In this document: positions 26,467 through 36,254 of the stretch, one piece after another
Layout of the letters: the number at the start of each line of letters is the position of its first letter
How positions within the stretch are numbered: position 1 is the stretch's first letter
Origin: Candidatus Azobacteroides sp.
Lineage (GTDB): Bacteria > Bacteroidota > Bacteroidia > Bacteroidales > Azobacteroidaceae
Direction of reading: 5' to 3'
Assembly (NCBI GenBank): GCA_009783445.1
Contig: WRFY01000124.1
Location: 2,171 to 66,170, forward strand
DNA: 64,000 nt
Made by a program: the position numbers and the translations under genes
Notes under the pieces: model-generated
The model's database searches: none
Seen by the model: the letters and a program-made list of their open reading frames with translations, nothing else
What the model was told of the DNA's origin: nothing

Positions 26467-28266
26467 TTAATCCAATTTCAACACCGCCAAAAAGGCTTTT
26501 TGCGGCACTTCCACATTACCGACCTGTTTCATCCGTTTTTTCCCTTCTTTCTGTTTTTCAAGCAGTTTGCGTTTCCGGCTGATATCTCCTCCGTAACATT
26601 TGGCCGTAACGTCTTTGCGGACAGCCTTAATCGTTTCGCGAGCGATAATTTTAGCGCCGATAGCCGCCTGCACTGCTACATCGAACTGCTGACGCGGAAT
26701 CAATTCTTTCAATTTTTCGCACATCTTGCGTCCGAAACCGACGGCATTGTCCACATGAGTCAACGTCGACAAGGCGTCTACCTGTTCTCCGTTTAACAAA
26801 ATGTCTAATTTAACCAATTTAGAAGGTCGGTAATCGTGCAAATGATAATCGAAAGAAGCATATCCTTTGGAAATACTTTTCAATTTGTCGTAAAAGTCAA
26901 TTACGATTTCGCCCAATGGAAGGTCGTAAATAATTTCTACGCGGTCGCCAGAGATATAGTTTTGTTTTACCAAAACGCCTCTTTTTCCCAGACAAAGGCT
27001 CATAATCGGACCTATGAAAGTAGTGTTCGTGATGACCGACGCGCGGATAAACGGTTCTTCAATACGATCAATCAAAGTAGGCTCTGGAAGTCCGGCAGGG
27101 TTGTGCACTTCTTTGCAATTTCCCTGCTTGTCGTATACTTTGTACGAAACATTGGGAACGGTAGTAATCACATCCATATTGAATTCCCGATCCAAACGTT
27201 CCTGAATAATTTCCATGTGGAGAAGCCCCAGGAAGCCGCAACGAAATCCGAATCCCAAAGCTACGGACGATTCCGCTTGAAAAGTCAGGGAAGCGTCGTT
27301 CAATTGAAGTTTTTCGAGAGAAGAACGCAGATTTTCAAAATCTTCGCTTTCTATTGGGTAGAGGCCGGCAAAAACCATCGGCTTAACTTCTTCAAAACCT
27401 TCGATCGCACGATCGCAGGGACGTTTTACGTGAGTGATCGTATCTCCTACTTTCACCTCCTTCGATGCTTTGATACCCGAAATAATGTATCCTACATCTC
27501 CGCAACCGACTTCCTCGCGAGGCGACATTTCCAATTTCAGAATGCCCACTTCATCCGCTTCGTATTCTTTGCCGGTAGCTACAAATTTGACCCAATCGCC
27601 TTTTTTAATCGAACCGTTGACAATCTTGAAGTAGGCGATAATTCCTCGAAACGAATTGAATACCGAATCGAAAATCAGCGCTTGCAGAGGCGCGTCAGGG
27701 TCTCCCTTTGGCGCGGGAATGCGTTCGACGATGGCATCCAGCAGCGGGTAAACGCCTGCTCCGGTTTTGCCGCTGGCGCGGAGAATGTCCGAAGGATCGC
27801 AACCCAGCAATTCCACCATCTGATCTTCCACTTCTTCCGGCATAGCGTTAGGCAAATCGATCTTATTCAATACCGGAATGATTTCCAAATCGTTTTCCAA
27901 CGCCATATACAAGTTCGAAATAGTTTGAGCTTGAATTCCTTGCGTAGCGTCTACAATGAGTAAGGCTCCTTCGCAAGCCGCAATGGAACGCGACACTTCA
28001 TACGAAAAATCCACATGTCCCGGAGTATCAATCAGATTGAGCGTATATTCTTCTCCTCTGCAAGTATATTTCATTTGGATGGCATGGCTTTTAATGGTAA
28101 TTCCTCGTTCTCTTTCCAAATCCATATCGTCCAGCACTTGCGCTTGCATGGCTTTGGGTTCAATGGTTTGAGTATATTCTAATAAACGGTCGGCCAAGGT
28201 GCTTTTACCATGATCTATATGAGCGATGATGCAAAAATTCCGGATATGTTTCATTTCATTTTTCAT
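26467..28266 (-). CDS. lepA: translation elongation factor 4 (LepA)
   Basis: [23 protein letters not shown]1 motif, [12 protein letters not shown] and a LepA-specific C-terminus. The start may instead be the ATG at 28254, given a TATCTTTG -7 box at 28274-28281. Confidence 0.95.
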   Translation of the reverse strand: MKNEMKHIRNFCIIAHIDHGKSTLADRLLEYTQTIEPKAMQAQVLDDMDLERERGITIKSHAIQMKYTCRGEEYTLNLIDTPGHVDFSYEVSRSIAACEGALLIVDATQGIQAQTISNLYMALENDLEIIPVLNKIDLPNAMPEEVEDQMVELLGCDPSDILRASGKTGAGVYPLLDAIVERIPAPKGDPDAPLQALIFDSVFNSFRGIIAYFKIVNGSIKKGDWVKFVATGKEYEADEVGILKLEMSPREEVGCGDVGYIISGIKASKEVKVGDTITHVKRPCDRAIEGFEEVKPMVFAGLYPIESEDFENLRSSLEKLQLNDASLTFQAESSVALGFGFRCGFLGLLHMEIIQERLDREFNMDVITTVPNVSYKVYDKQGNCKEVHNPAGLPEPTLIDRIEEPFIRASVITNTTFIGPIMSLCLGKRGVLVKQNYISGDRVEIIYDLPLGEIVIDFYDKLKSISKGYASFDYHLHDYRPSKLVKLDILLNGEQVDALSTLTHVDNAVGFGRKMCEKLKELIPRQQFDVAVQAAIGAKIIARETIKAVRKDVTAKCYGGDISRKRKLLEKQKEGKKRMKQVGNVEVPQKAFLAVLKLD

Positions 28267-28303
28267 TGTTCGGCAAAGATACGGAATTCTCAGACAACAA
28301 ACA

Positions 28304-28337
28304 AAAAGGCCCTCTTCACAGGGGCCTTTTATTTTTT
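28304..28337. terminator. orphan hairpin plus T-run upstream of the lepA promoter
   Basis: 9-bp stem AAAAGGCCC/GGGCCTTTT and a 9-nt loop. It is followed by ATTTTTT on the plus strand and by a T-rich tract on the minus strand. No annotated gene ends here. Confidence 0.45.
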
Positions 28338-28933
28338 AGTTTTAATAGGCATTAGTCTTTTAAGGCAAAAAGATTGTTTTAGGTTATCGGCTACAAAGAT
28401 GTAGGTTTTTTTAATATCCACCAAAAAAAAAAAGATATTCTATAACATATTTTTAAGGTTTTTGAGATTTATTCCGATAAGCGTAAATTTTAAAAAAGAA
28501 TACTTGAAAAAGAGGATTTTGAGTGGAAAGCCAAAATGAACAGGTTGAGGGAATTAGTTATCGACAGATTTCTATATATTTTTTCAGAGAATCTAATTAT
28601 AGTGACGTTCTACAAAATATTCCGCTATAATTAATTAATAGCCAAATTATTATATTATTTTTGATTGAATGCTTTATTATGGCATTTAGTATCATAAAAA
28701 AACATTACATTTTGATTATCAACCACATAGATTAATACTGTAAATTATTAGTTTATAGCAGATTAAACGAACATGCTTTTTAAAACGCCAAAAAAAAATT
28801 TATCCTTTCGTTCAAATACGGCGACAAATGGAATTGATAAGGGATATTGCGCCTTTTTCATCCCGCATATTTGTAAATCAGAAAATTTTCATGTAAGTTT
28901 GCATGAATTCAGAAATAATGTAAACAAAACAGA

Positions 28934-29455
28934 ATGGAAGAAATCGTTTTCTCTCAGTATACCGTTGATTTTGCACGTGCTGCATTAGACTATTGTATTT
29001 TTGTAGAAAAAGCAAAAAACGTCAATAAAAAAGCGTTTGTTGAGAATATGACGAAAATCTTACCTTTGCTGTATCTTAAAGTATCCATTCTTCCTGAAAT
29101 TCAAGAAAACTACGATTCGGATTTAGAATCGAAAGTGAGTGAAGATTTTTATGCGCAAGTGGAAAGCAATATCAGCGATTTGCTGGGCGAAGACAATGTA
29201 TATTTGGAAACTTTTCATCCGGATATTCAGTTGAGCGATTCGCCTGTCGCAGCAAAAATTTCGGAAGACTTGGCCGATATTTATCAGGATTTGGGTAATT
29301 TTATAGCCGTTTTCAAAAATGGCCAAAAAGAAACCATGAACGATTCTTTATTGTTATGTGTTGAAGACTTTAAAAAATACTGGGGGCAACGCTTAGTGAA
29401 TGCTCTCAAAGCTTTGCATGACATAAAATATAAATCAACAATCGAAAAGGATTAA
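28934..29455 (+). CDS. DUF5063 domain-containing protein
   Basis: 173-aa acidic protein. Its position directly upstream of a 3'-5' exonuclease matches the conserved Bacteroidales gene pair as I recall it. Confidence 0.6.
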   Translation: MEEIVFSQYTVDFARAALDYCIFVEKAKNVNKKAFVENMTKILPLLYLKVSILPEIQENYDSDLESKVSEDFYAQVESNISDLLGEDNVYLETFHPDIQLSDSPVAAKISEDLADIYQDLGNFIAVFKNGQKETMNDSLLLCVEDFKKYWGQRLVNALKALHDIKYKSTIEKD

Positions 29456-29466
29456 ATTAATACGTT

Positions 29467-30048
29467 TTGGGAAAATCAATCACAAAAGAAGAAATAGCAC
29501 AATTTACTATTGAAGAATTTAACGGTCGGATATTCGAAATACAAACTTTGGAAGAAACAGAGGAAGCCGTAGAATATTTATCCAAATTCAAGTTCATTGG
29601 ATTTGATACGGAAACTCGTCCTTCTTACCGGAAAGGAAAACTGAATAGAGTCGCTCTTCTTCAATTGGCTACGGATGATGTGTGTTTCCTTTTTCGTTTA
29701 AATATAATCGGACTTCCTCCTGTAGTAATACAACTGTTGTCCGATCCAAAAATACAGAAAATCGGACTGTCGTTGAACGACGACTTCCGTTCGTTGAGTC
29801 GGCGAATGCGATTTACACCGAACAATTTTGTTGATTTGCAAAAAATAGTAGCCTATCACAACATTGAAGATATCGGTTTGCAAAAAATATATGCGCTCCT
29901 TTTTCATAAAAGAATTTCTAAAAATCAAAGGCTAACCAATTGGGAGGCTGAAAAACTCACCGAACCCCAAAAAAAATATGCAGCTTTGGATGCATGGGCT
30001 TGCCTGAAAATATACGAAAAATTATGTCTCGTAAAAAACTCTATTTAA
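29467..30048 (+). CDS. 3'-5' exonuclease (RNase D / DnaQ-like fold)
   Basis: GFDTETRPSY (ExoI), ALLQLAT and YAALDAWACLKIY (ExoIII) motifs. Apparent TTG start. Confidence 0.8.
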   Translation: MGKSITKEEIAQFTIEEFNGRIFEIQTLEETEEAVEYLSKFKFIGFDTETRPSYRKGKLNRVALLQLATDDVCFLFRLNIIGLPPVVIQLLSDPKIQKIGLSLNDDFRSLSRRMRFTPNNFVDLQKIVAYHNIEDIGLQKIYALLFHKRISKNQRLTNWEAEKLTEPQKKYAALDAWACLKIYEKLCLVKNSI

Positions 30049-31208
30049 ATTCCGGAAAAGAGGAATCTCTTAAACGTTATCATCCATGGGTGTTTTCAGG
30101 AGCCGTCAGTCATTCCGATGGAGTTATTGAAGAAGGAGATATTGCAGAAATTTACGATGCAAAAAAAAATTTCTTAGCGGTAGGACATTGTCAGATCGGT
30201 TCGATCGCCGTCCGGATACTAAGCTTTGAAAATGAAGCTATTAACAAGGAATTTTGGAAAAAGCGATTCGAATCTGCCTATCAATTGCGGAAACAACTGG
30301 GTTTGGTCGAAAATCCCCGCAACAATGCGTATCGTTTAGTACATGGCGAAGGCGATTTATTATCCGGATTGATTGTAGATATTTACGCCGATACGGCTGT
30401 CATGCAGGCACATTCTCCCGGCATGCACTTGGCCAGAATCGAATTGGCCGAAGCATTGAAAGAAACGCTGGGCGATTCAATCCATAATATATACTACAAA
30501 TCGGAGATGACTCTGCCTTTCAAAGCGGATTTGGATGCCGAAAACGGCTATTTGCTGGGGGATCGCAGTTCGTTGGACATTCTTGAAAACGGACTGAAAT
30601 TCCGTGTAGATTGGATCAAAGGACAAAAAACCGGATTTTTCGTCGATCAACGCGAAAACCGTCGTTTGTTGGAACAATATGCAAAAGGAAGAAACGTATT
30701 GAACCTGTTTTGTTACACCGGAGGATTTTCCTGTTATGCCCTGCGAGGAGAAGCCAAACAGGTACATTCGGTCGACAGTTCGGCCAAAGCCATAGTGCTG
30801 ACCAACGAAAACATAGCCTTGAATTTTCCGGATGATAACCGCCACCAATCCTTTGTGGAAGATGCATTTAAATACTTAGGAAAAATGGACGAATCGTATG
30901 ATTTGATTATTTTGGATCCGCCTGCTTTTGCCAAACACCGAAATGTATTAAGGAATGCGCTGCAAGGATACCGGAAATTGAATGCCACAGCTTTCGAAAA
31001 AATTCAATCAGGTGGAATTATCTTCACATTCTCTTGTTCTCAAGTAGTTTCCAAAAACGATTTTCGATTGGCCGTGTTCAGTGCGGCGGCGCAATCGGGG
31101 AGAAAGGTCAGAATCTTGCATCAATTGGTTCAACCGGCCGATCATCCCATCAATATTTATCATCCGGAAGGAGAATACCTGAAGGGACTAATTCTGTGGG
31201 TCGAATAA
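30024..31208 (+). CDS. rlmI: class I SAM-dependent rRNA methyltransferase (RlmI-like, PUA plus MTase)
   Basis: MSRKKLYLNSGKEESLKRYHPWVFSGAV N-terminus, a GFFxDQRENR motif, and NLFCYTGGFS SAM loop and DPPAF motifs. Start moved to the ATG at 30024. Confidence 0.8.
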   Translation: MSRKKLYLNSGKEESLKRYHPWVFSGAVSHSDGVIEEGDIAEIYDAKKNFLAVGHCQIGSIAVRILSFENEAINKEFWKKRFESAYQLRKQLGLVENPRNNAYRLVHGEGDLLSGLIVDIYADTAVMQAHSPGMHLARIELAEALKETLGDSIHNIYYKSEMTLPFKADLDAENGYLLGDRSSLDILENGLKFRVDWIKGQKTGFFVDQRENRRLLEQYAKGRNVLNLFCYTGGFSCYALRGEAKQVHSVDSSAKAIVLTNENIALNFPDDNRHQSFVEDAFKYLGKMDESYDLIILDPPAFAKHRNVLRNALQGYRKLNATAFEKIQSGGIIFTFSCSQVVSKNDFRLAVFSAAAQSGRKVRILHQLVQPADHPINIYHPEGEYLKGLILWVE

Positions 31209-31235
31209 AAGATAACGTAATTTTCTACTAAAATG

Positions 31236-31266
31236 TTTGCACAAAGGAAAAAAAACTTTACCTTTG
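31236..31266 (+). promoter_or_regulatory. candidate Bacteroidota promoter for the ilv operon (-33 TTTG, -7 TACCTTTG)
   Basis: TTTG at 31236-31239 and TACCTTTG at 31259-31266 with 19-nt spacing. This matches the TTTG / TAnnTTTG consensus known for Bacteroides sigma-A promoters. Confidence 0.45.
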
Positions 31267-31286
31267 CAAGCAGAATATACAAAAAA

Positions 31287-31352
31287 GTGATAATTAATAA
31301 TTTACAAGGTTTAGTGTTGAGCAACATTTCTCTAATCGTCGCCAAGAGATAA
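31287..31352 (+). CDS. candidate ilv leader peptide rich in Ile/Leu/Val
   Basis: The GTG-initiated ORF reads (M)IINNLQGLVLSNISLIVAKR*, with 11 of 21 codons encoding I/L/V. An in-frame ATG at 31233 would give a 39-aa version. The stop codon abuts the antiterminator arm. Confidence 0.5.
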   Translation: MIINNLQGLVLSNISLIVAKR

Positions 31353-31392
31353 GAGAAAGGTTGGGCATTATATAAATCAATTCAATAAATAG

Positions 31393-31422
31393 AACCTTTC
31401 TCTTTTAGGGAAAGGTTTTTTT
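31393..31422 (+). terminator. attenuator terminator upstream of ilvD
   Basis: Stem AACCTTTCTC / GGGAAAGGTT (10 bp including one G-U), a 5-nt loop, then a T-run (31418-31422). Its 5' arm can alternatively pair with AGAGAAAGGTT at 31352-31362. Confidence 0.65.
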
Positions 31423-31479
31423 GTATGAAATGAGCATGCTGTTTTATAGACATTCCTTAAAAAAATAAATGATGTACAG

Positions 31480-33318
31480 ATGAAAATTCAATTACGCAGT
31501 CATGCCAGCACGCACGGACGCAAGATGGCAGGCGCACGCGCCCTTTGGAAAGCCAACGGAATGAAGGAGGAACAAAAAGGACAACCGATCATTGCCGTAG
31601 TCAACTCATTTTCGCAATTTGTTCCCGGACATGTTCACCTGCATGAAATCGGACAATTTGTTAAAGCAGAAATAGAAAAATGGGATTGTTTTGCCGCCGA
31701 ATTCAATACCATTGCTATCGACGACGGCATTGCCATGGGACACGACGGAATGTTGTATTCGCTACCCTCTCGCGATTTGATTGCCGATAGCGTAGAATAC
31801 ATGATACAAGCGCACCAAGTCGATGCTATGGTCTGCATCAGTAATTGCGATAAGATTACGCCGGGAATGTTGATGGCCGCTGTACGGTTGAATATTCCGA
31901 CGGTTTTTGTGTCGGGCGGGCCGATGGAAGCCGGACGCTTGGACGGCGAAGGATTGGATTTGATTGATGCGATGGTGCAAAGCGCCGACGAATCCGTTTC
32001 GGACGAACAAGTTCAAAGGATTGAGCAACAGGCTTGTCCCACTTGCGGTTCTTGTTCTGGGATGTTTACCGCGAATTCCATGAACTGTCTGAACGAAGCC
32101 ATCGGACTTGCTTTGCCCGGTAATGGAACTTTAGTTGCTACACATGCCAATCGAAAGAAAATGTTTGCCGAAGCGGCGCGGTTGATAGTAGAAAATACGA
32201 TTCAATATTACCGAGACGGAAATGAAAACGTTTTGCCGAAAAGTATTGCTACGCGAAAGGCTTTTCTCAACGCCATGACATTGGATATTGCCATGGGCGG
32301 CTCTACGAATACCGTCTTGCATCTTTTGGCCATTGCTCAAGAAGCAGGAGTCAATTTCACGATGAAAGATATAGACGAACTTTCCCGCAAGACGCCTTGT
32401 TTGTGCAAAGTAGCCCCCAATACCCGTTCCTATTATGTTCAGGATGTCCACAAAGCGGGAGGCGTTTTGGGAATTCTCGACGAATTGGACAAGGCCGGCT
32501 TAATTGATTCTTCCGTTCGACGAGTTGACAACAAAACGCTGAAAGAAGCAATCGTCGAATACCGCATTAGCGGCGATTCCATGACGTTGCAAGCAGAACA
32601 CCTCTATTTGTCGGCTCCGGGTAACCGGTTCAATTTGATACTGGGTTCTCAAGATAATTTTTACCTTTTGGAAGAATTGGATGTCGACCGGACAAACGGT
32701 TGCATTCGCGATATTGCGCATGCCTACAGCAAAGACGGCGGATTAGCGGTATTGAAAGGCAACATAGCTCTTGACGGATGCGTCGTGAAAACCGCTGGAG
32801 TGGACGAGAGTATTCTGAAGTTTTCCGGCCCCGCTAAGGTGTTTAATTCGCAAGAAGCTGCCTGCGAAGGGATTTTAGGAGGAAAAATTGTTGCCGGCGA
32901 CGTAGTTGTCATTGCATACGAAGGGCCTAAAGGCGGTCCGGGAATGCAAGAAATGTTGTATCCGACTTCATACATCAAATCGCGTCATCTGGGAAAAGAA
33001 TGCGCGTTAATCACCGACGGGCGGTTTTCGGGAGGAACGTCGGGTTTGTCTATCGGACATATCTCGCCTGAAGCGGCAGCCGGCGGAAACATCGGTTTGG
33101 TGCGCGACGGCGATATCATCGAAATCGACATCCCCTCTCGTAAAATAAACATCCTTCTGAACAACAAAGAACTGACCGACCGCCGGTTGGCCGAAGAAGC
33201 TCGCGGGAAAAACGCATGGACGCCGAAGGGACGGAATAGGAAGGTATCCAAGGCTTTGCAAGCATACGCGCGTTTGGTTAGTTCGGCCGATAAAGGAGCC
33301 GTTCGAGTGATTGAGTAG
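31480..33318 (+). CDS. ilvD: dihydroxy-acid dehydratase
   Basis: [29 protein letters not shown]-terminus, the [12 protein letters not shown] motif and 612 aa. Confidence 0.95.
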   Translation: MKIQLRSHASTHGRKMAGARALWKANGMKEEQKGQPIIAVVNSFSQFVPGHVHLHEIGQFVKAEIEKWDCFAAEFNTIAIDDGIAMGHDGMLYSLPSRDLIADSVEYMIQAHQVDAMVCISNCDKITPGMLMAAVRLNIPTVFVSGGPMEAGRLDGEGLDLIDAMVQSADESVSDEQVQRIEQQACPTCGSCSGMFTANSMNCLNEAIGLALPGNGTLVATHANRKKMFAEAARLIVENTIQYYRDGNENVLPKSIATRKAFLNAMTLDIAMGGSTNTVLHLLAIAQEAGVNFTMKDIDELSRKTPCLCKVAPNTRSYYVQDVHKAGGVLGILDELDKAGLIDSSVRRVDNKTLKEAIVEYRISGDSMTLQAEHLYLSAPGNRFNLILGSQDNFYLLEELDVDRTNGCIRDIAHAYSKDGGLAVLKGNIALDGCVVKTAGVDESILKFSGPAKVFNSQEAACEGILGGKIVAGDVVVIAYEGPKGGPGMQEMLYPTSYIKSRHLGKECALITDGRFSGGTSGLSIGHISPEAAAGGNIGLVRDGDIIEIDIPSRKINILLNNKELTDRRLAEEARGKNAWTPKGRNRKVSKALQAYARLVSSADKGAVRVIE

Positions 33319-33559
33319 GAATGATTTATATAGACGAGTAATTGAGCATAAATCGAAAGAAATACCCGGATTGACAAAAAAATATAATTGTGACAAGTTG
33401 GTTTTTTATGAAGAATACAGTAATATTGAAGAAGCAATAGCAAGAGAAAAACAATTAAAAAGTTGGGAAAGAGAATGGAAAAATATATCAGTCGAAAAAA
33501 TAAATCCTACACAAGAGGATTTATCATTAAAGTGGGATTATAAAGATGGAAATTGTTAA
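33311..33559 (+). pseudogene. 5'-truncated GIY-YIG nuclease family remnant
   Basis: Retains ...NDLYRRVIEHKSKEIPGLTKKYNCDKLVFYEEYSNIEEAIAREKQLKSWEREWK, the C-terminal two-thirds of small GIY-YIG proteins. It lacks the N-terminal GIY/YIG strands. The frame is closed by TGA immediately upstream, inside the ilvD stop region. Confidence 0.6.
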
Positions 33560-35321
33560 CGATAATCGGGGGATGGCGGATCAAGCCCGCCATGACAATA
33601 ATGGCTCCCGCGTCAAGTGCGGAAGGGTAGTTTCCATGACCGGGTCGCAAGCGCTTATCGAATCGCTTCTCCACAAAGGAGTGGATACCATTTTCGGGTA
33701 TCCGGGGGGGCAAGCCATTCCTATTTACGACACATTGTATGACTACAAAGACCAGTTGAATCATATTTTGGTGCGTCACGAGCAAGGCGCTACCCATGCG
33801 GCTCAAGGTTATGCCCGCGTATCGGGAAAAGTAGGCGTGGCATTGGTAACTTCCGGCCCCGGCGTTGCCAATACGATTACTGGCATTGCCGACGCTATGA
33901 TGGACAGCACACCGATTGTAGTCATTGCCGGACAGGTACCCGCTTCCTTATTGGGAACAGACGCTTTTCAGGAAGTGGATGTAATTGGCGTTACGCAACC
34001 CATTACCAAATGGGCGTATCAAGTGCGGAATGCCGATGAAATTGCATGGGCTGTTGCCCGCGCTTTCTATATCGCATCAACCGGCCGGCCGGGGCCGGTG
34101 GTATTGGATATAGCCAAGAATGCACAAGTAGGAGAAACCCAATATCAACCGGTTACAATCAATCATATTCGTTCGTATATTCCGCTTCCCGATATCGACC
34201 CGGAAAAAATTGCCGAAGCGGCTCAATTGATCAACGCTTCAAAAAAGCCTTTGGCCTTAGTAGGACAAGGCGTTATTTTGGGAAATGCCGAAAAAGAATT
34301 ACTGGATTTTCTGCGGAAAGCCGATATTCCGGCTGCATCAACTATTCTGGGTCTGTCCGCATTGCCTTCCGACGAACCTTTGAATGTGGGGATGCTGGGA
34401 ATGCATGGCAATATTGCTCCCAATCTGAAAACCAACGAATGCGATGTTCTGATTGCTATTGGGATGCGTTTCGACGATCGAGTGACGGGCGATTTGGCTA
34501 CGTATGCCAAACAAGCAAAAATCATCCATTTGGATATTGACTTTGCAGAAATCAATAAAAATGTCAAGGTGGATGTTCCAGTCTTGGGCGATGCAAAGGA
34601 CACTTTGGCCGCGTTAACCCAGCTGTTGAAAGAAAATAAGCACACCGAATGGAGGGAAGAATTCAAATCGCATTGGGAAAGAGAAATACAAGCGGTTATC
34701 AACAAAGAGATTCATCCAAAATCAGGACCTCTAAATATGGGCGAAATAGTGAATAAAGTTTCCGAAGCAACCGGACATCAGGCTGTTTTGGTAACCGATG
34801 TAGGACAAAACCAGATGATCGGCGTTCGTTATTTCAAATACACTCAAACGAGAAGCGTGGTAACTTCGGGTGGATTGGGAACCATGGGATTTGGACTACC
34901 CGCGGCTATCGGAGCAAAGTTCGGCGCTCCCGACCGTACCGTTTGCCTGTTTGTCGGCGACGGCGGTTTGCAAATGACCATCCAGGAATTAGGAACGATT
35001 ATGCAATCGAATGTCGATCTAAAAATCATACTGCTAAACAACGAATATTTGGGAATGGTACGCCAATGGCAGGAGTTGTTTTACGAGGAACGTTATTCCG
35101 AAACAACAATGAAAAATCCGAATTTTATTCGGATTGCAGAAGCCTACAACATACCCGGACGTTCGGTAACGAAACGCGAAGAATTGGACGAAGCCATTCA
35201 AGAAATGCTGGCGGCGAAGGGCGCTTATCTATTAGAAGCCAAAGTAGTTCCAAAAGGCATGGTGTATCCGATGGTTCCTGCCGGCGCTTGCATTACGAAT
35301 ATTTTACTGGGGAATGAATGA
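33546..35321 (+). CDS. ilvB: acetolactate synthase large subunit (biosynthetic type)
   Basis: MTGSQALIESLLHKGVDTIFGYPGG and the TPP motif GGLGTMGFGLPAAIGA...GDGG. The true start may be an internal ATG (for example 33636), because the first 30 codons overlap the GIY-YIG remnant. Confidence 0.92.
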   Translation: MEIVNDNRGMADQARHDNNGSRVKCGRVVSMTGSQALIESLLHKGVDTIFGYPGGQAIPIYDTLYDYKDQLNHILVRHEQGATHAAQGYARVSGKVGVALVTSGPGVANTITGIADAMMDSTPIVVIAGQVPASLLGTDAFQEVDVIGVTQPITKWAYQVRNADEIAWAVARAFYIASTGRPGPVVLDIAKNAQVGETQYQPVTINHIRSYIPLPDIDPEKIAEAAQLINASKKPLALVGQGVILGNAEKELLDFLRKADIPAASTILGLSALPSDEPLNVGMLGMHGNIAPNLKTNECDVLIAIGMRFDDRVTGDLATYAKQAKIIHLDIDFAEINKNVKVDVPVLGDAKDTLAALTQLLKENKHTEWREEFKSHWEREIQAVINKEIHPKSGPLNMGEIVNKVSEATGHQAVLVTDVGQNQMIGVRYFKYTQTRSVVTSGGLGTMGFGLPAAIGAKFGAPDRTVCLFVGDGGLQMTIQELGTIMQSNVDLKIILLNNEYLGMVRQWQELFYEERYSETTMKNPNFIRIAEAYNIPGRSVTKREELDEAIQEMLAAKGAYLLEAKVVPKGMVYPMVPAGACITNILLGNE

Positions 35322-35459
35322 AATAGAAATTTTTTATATCTCATCAAGAAATGATAACTTTGTAGAAAGATTGAAAATTTCAAAAAAATGATATCAGAAA
35401 ATTTATTAACGATAAAAGAAGCTAGCAAATGGGCAACAAGAAACTAATAACTTATAACA

Positions 35460-35639
35460 ATGAATGATAACATTATCTTTCAAATTACAATCGAAGATTT
35501 GCAGAATGAAGCAATGGAAAGAATTAACAGAAAATTAAATGAGGATGAAATAACCATTGCTAAAAAAGGTATTGAATGGGGAATTGTTAATTTTGCACTT
35601 GATATTACATACAACACGATTTTCACAGAAATGATTTAA
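35460..35639 (+). CDS. hypothetical 59-aa ORF in the AT-rich insertion (not in the ORF track)
   Basis: Hand translation gives MNDNIIFQITIEDLQNEAMERINRKLNEDEITIAKKGIEWGIVNFALDITYNTIFTEMI*. Its stop lies 1 nt before the ATG of the next ORF. Confidence 0.35.
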   Translation: MNDNIIFQITIEDLQNEAMERINRKLNEDEITIAKKGIEWGIVNFALDITYNTIFTEMI

Positions 35640-35640
35640 T

Positions 35641-35832
35641 ATGAATAAAATAAAAGAATGTAGTCCATCCGATTTATTGGCTGATCAATTTCTTGAGAAA
35701 GCGCAAGTATTTAATAATAATATTGAAGTGATAAAAGTACTGAAATCCAGAACATATAATAGTGAAGAAGTAAATGTTTTAGTCCGTGCTTCTTCGGATG
35801 GAAACAGACGACATTTTAATGTATACTTATAA
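35641..35832 (+). CDS. hypothetical 63-aa ORF in the AT-rich insertion
   Basis: Track ORF MNKIKECSPSDLLADQFLEKAQVF..., tightly coupled to the preceding 59-aa ORF. No family recognised. Confidence 0.35.
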   Translation: MNKIKECSPSDLLADQFLEKAQVFNNNIEVIKVLKSRTYNSEEVNVLVRASSDGNRRHFNVYL

Positions 35833-35919
35833 ATTTAAAATAATGATAATCAATTGAATAAATATAAATATTAAAACTTATCAGTAAATAATAATGACGT
35901 TTATTATATATAATTTCCA

Positions 35920-36195
35920 ATGATTCTAAAAAAGCACAAGCAGGCTTTAACTTCTTTGTGTGAAAATTCAAATCATTATAGATTTGTTGTCAATGAAAAT
36001 TTTGGTGAATGGCAAAAATGTTAGCATGAAGATATCTATACTTTGATGTTGTCAAACCCTGATTTCCGTAAAAAAAAATTGCGGGTAAAAAATCAAGAAG
36101 TAAATCAACTTGAGCTCGAGTTGCTATTGAGTGATGAAAAAATCAAAGAAGTCTATATATGCTCAGAAAAGATTATTGGCAGAAATGACTATTGA
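35920..36195 (+). pseudogene. 91-codon reading frame interrupted by one in-frame TAG
   Basis: MILKKHKQALTSLCENSNHYRFVVNENFGEWQKC, then TAG at 36022-36024, then HEDIYTLMLSNPDFRKKKLRVKNQEVNQLELELLLSDEKIKEVYICSEKIIGRNDY*. Confidence 0.35.
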
Positions 36196-36254
36196 TAGTT
36201 TAGAAATGCCGGAGATTGATGAATATTTTGGAAAATTTAATAGGTAATAATTAT

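Noticed and set aside
26836-27963. 375-aa plus-strand ORF, with several shorter ones, lying entirely inside lepA on the opposite strand.
   Set aside because: It is a shadow ORF antisense to a highly conserved gene. The translation is low-complexity (F/R/N-rich) with no recognisable motifs. The same reasoning applies to other antisense track ORFs inside large genes, including 4232-4936, 23832-24416, 40638-41246, 44047-44547, 53318-53779 and 57558-58025.
33573-33623. Two small stem-loops with similar (A/G)TCAAG(C/T) loops at the ilvB 5' end (ATGGCGG-ATCAAGC-CCGCCAT and CCGC-GTCAAGT-GCGG).
   Set aside because: The second stem is only 4 bp. Both lie within a possible coding extension of ilvB and the GIY-YIG remnant flank. 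This is too weak to call an RNA motif without covariation data.
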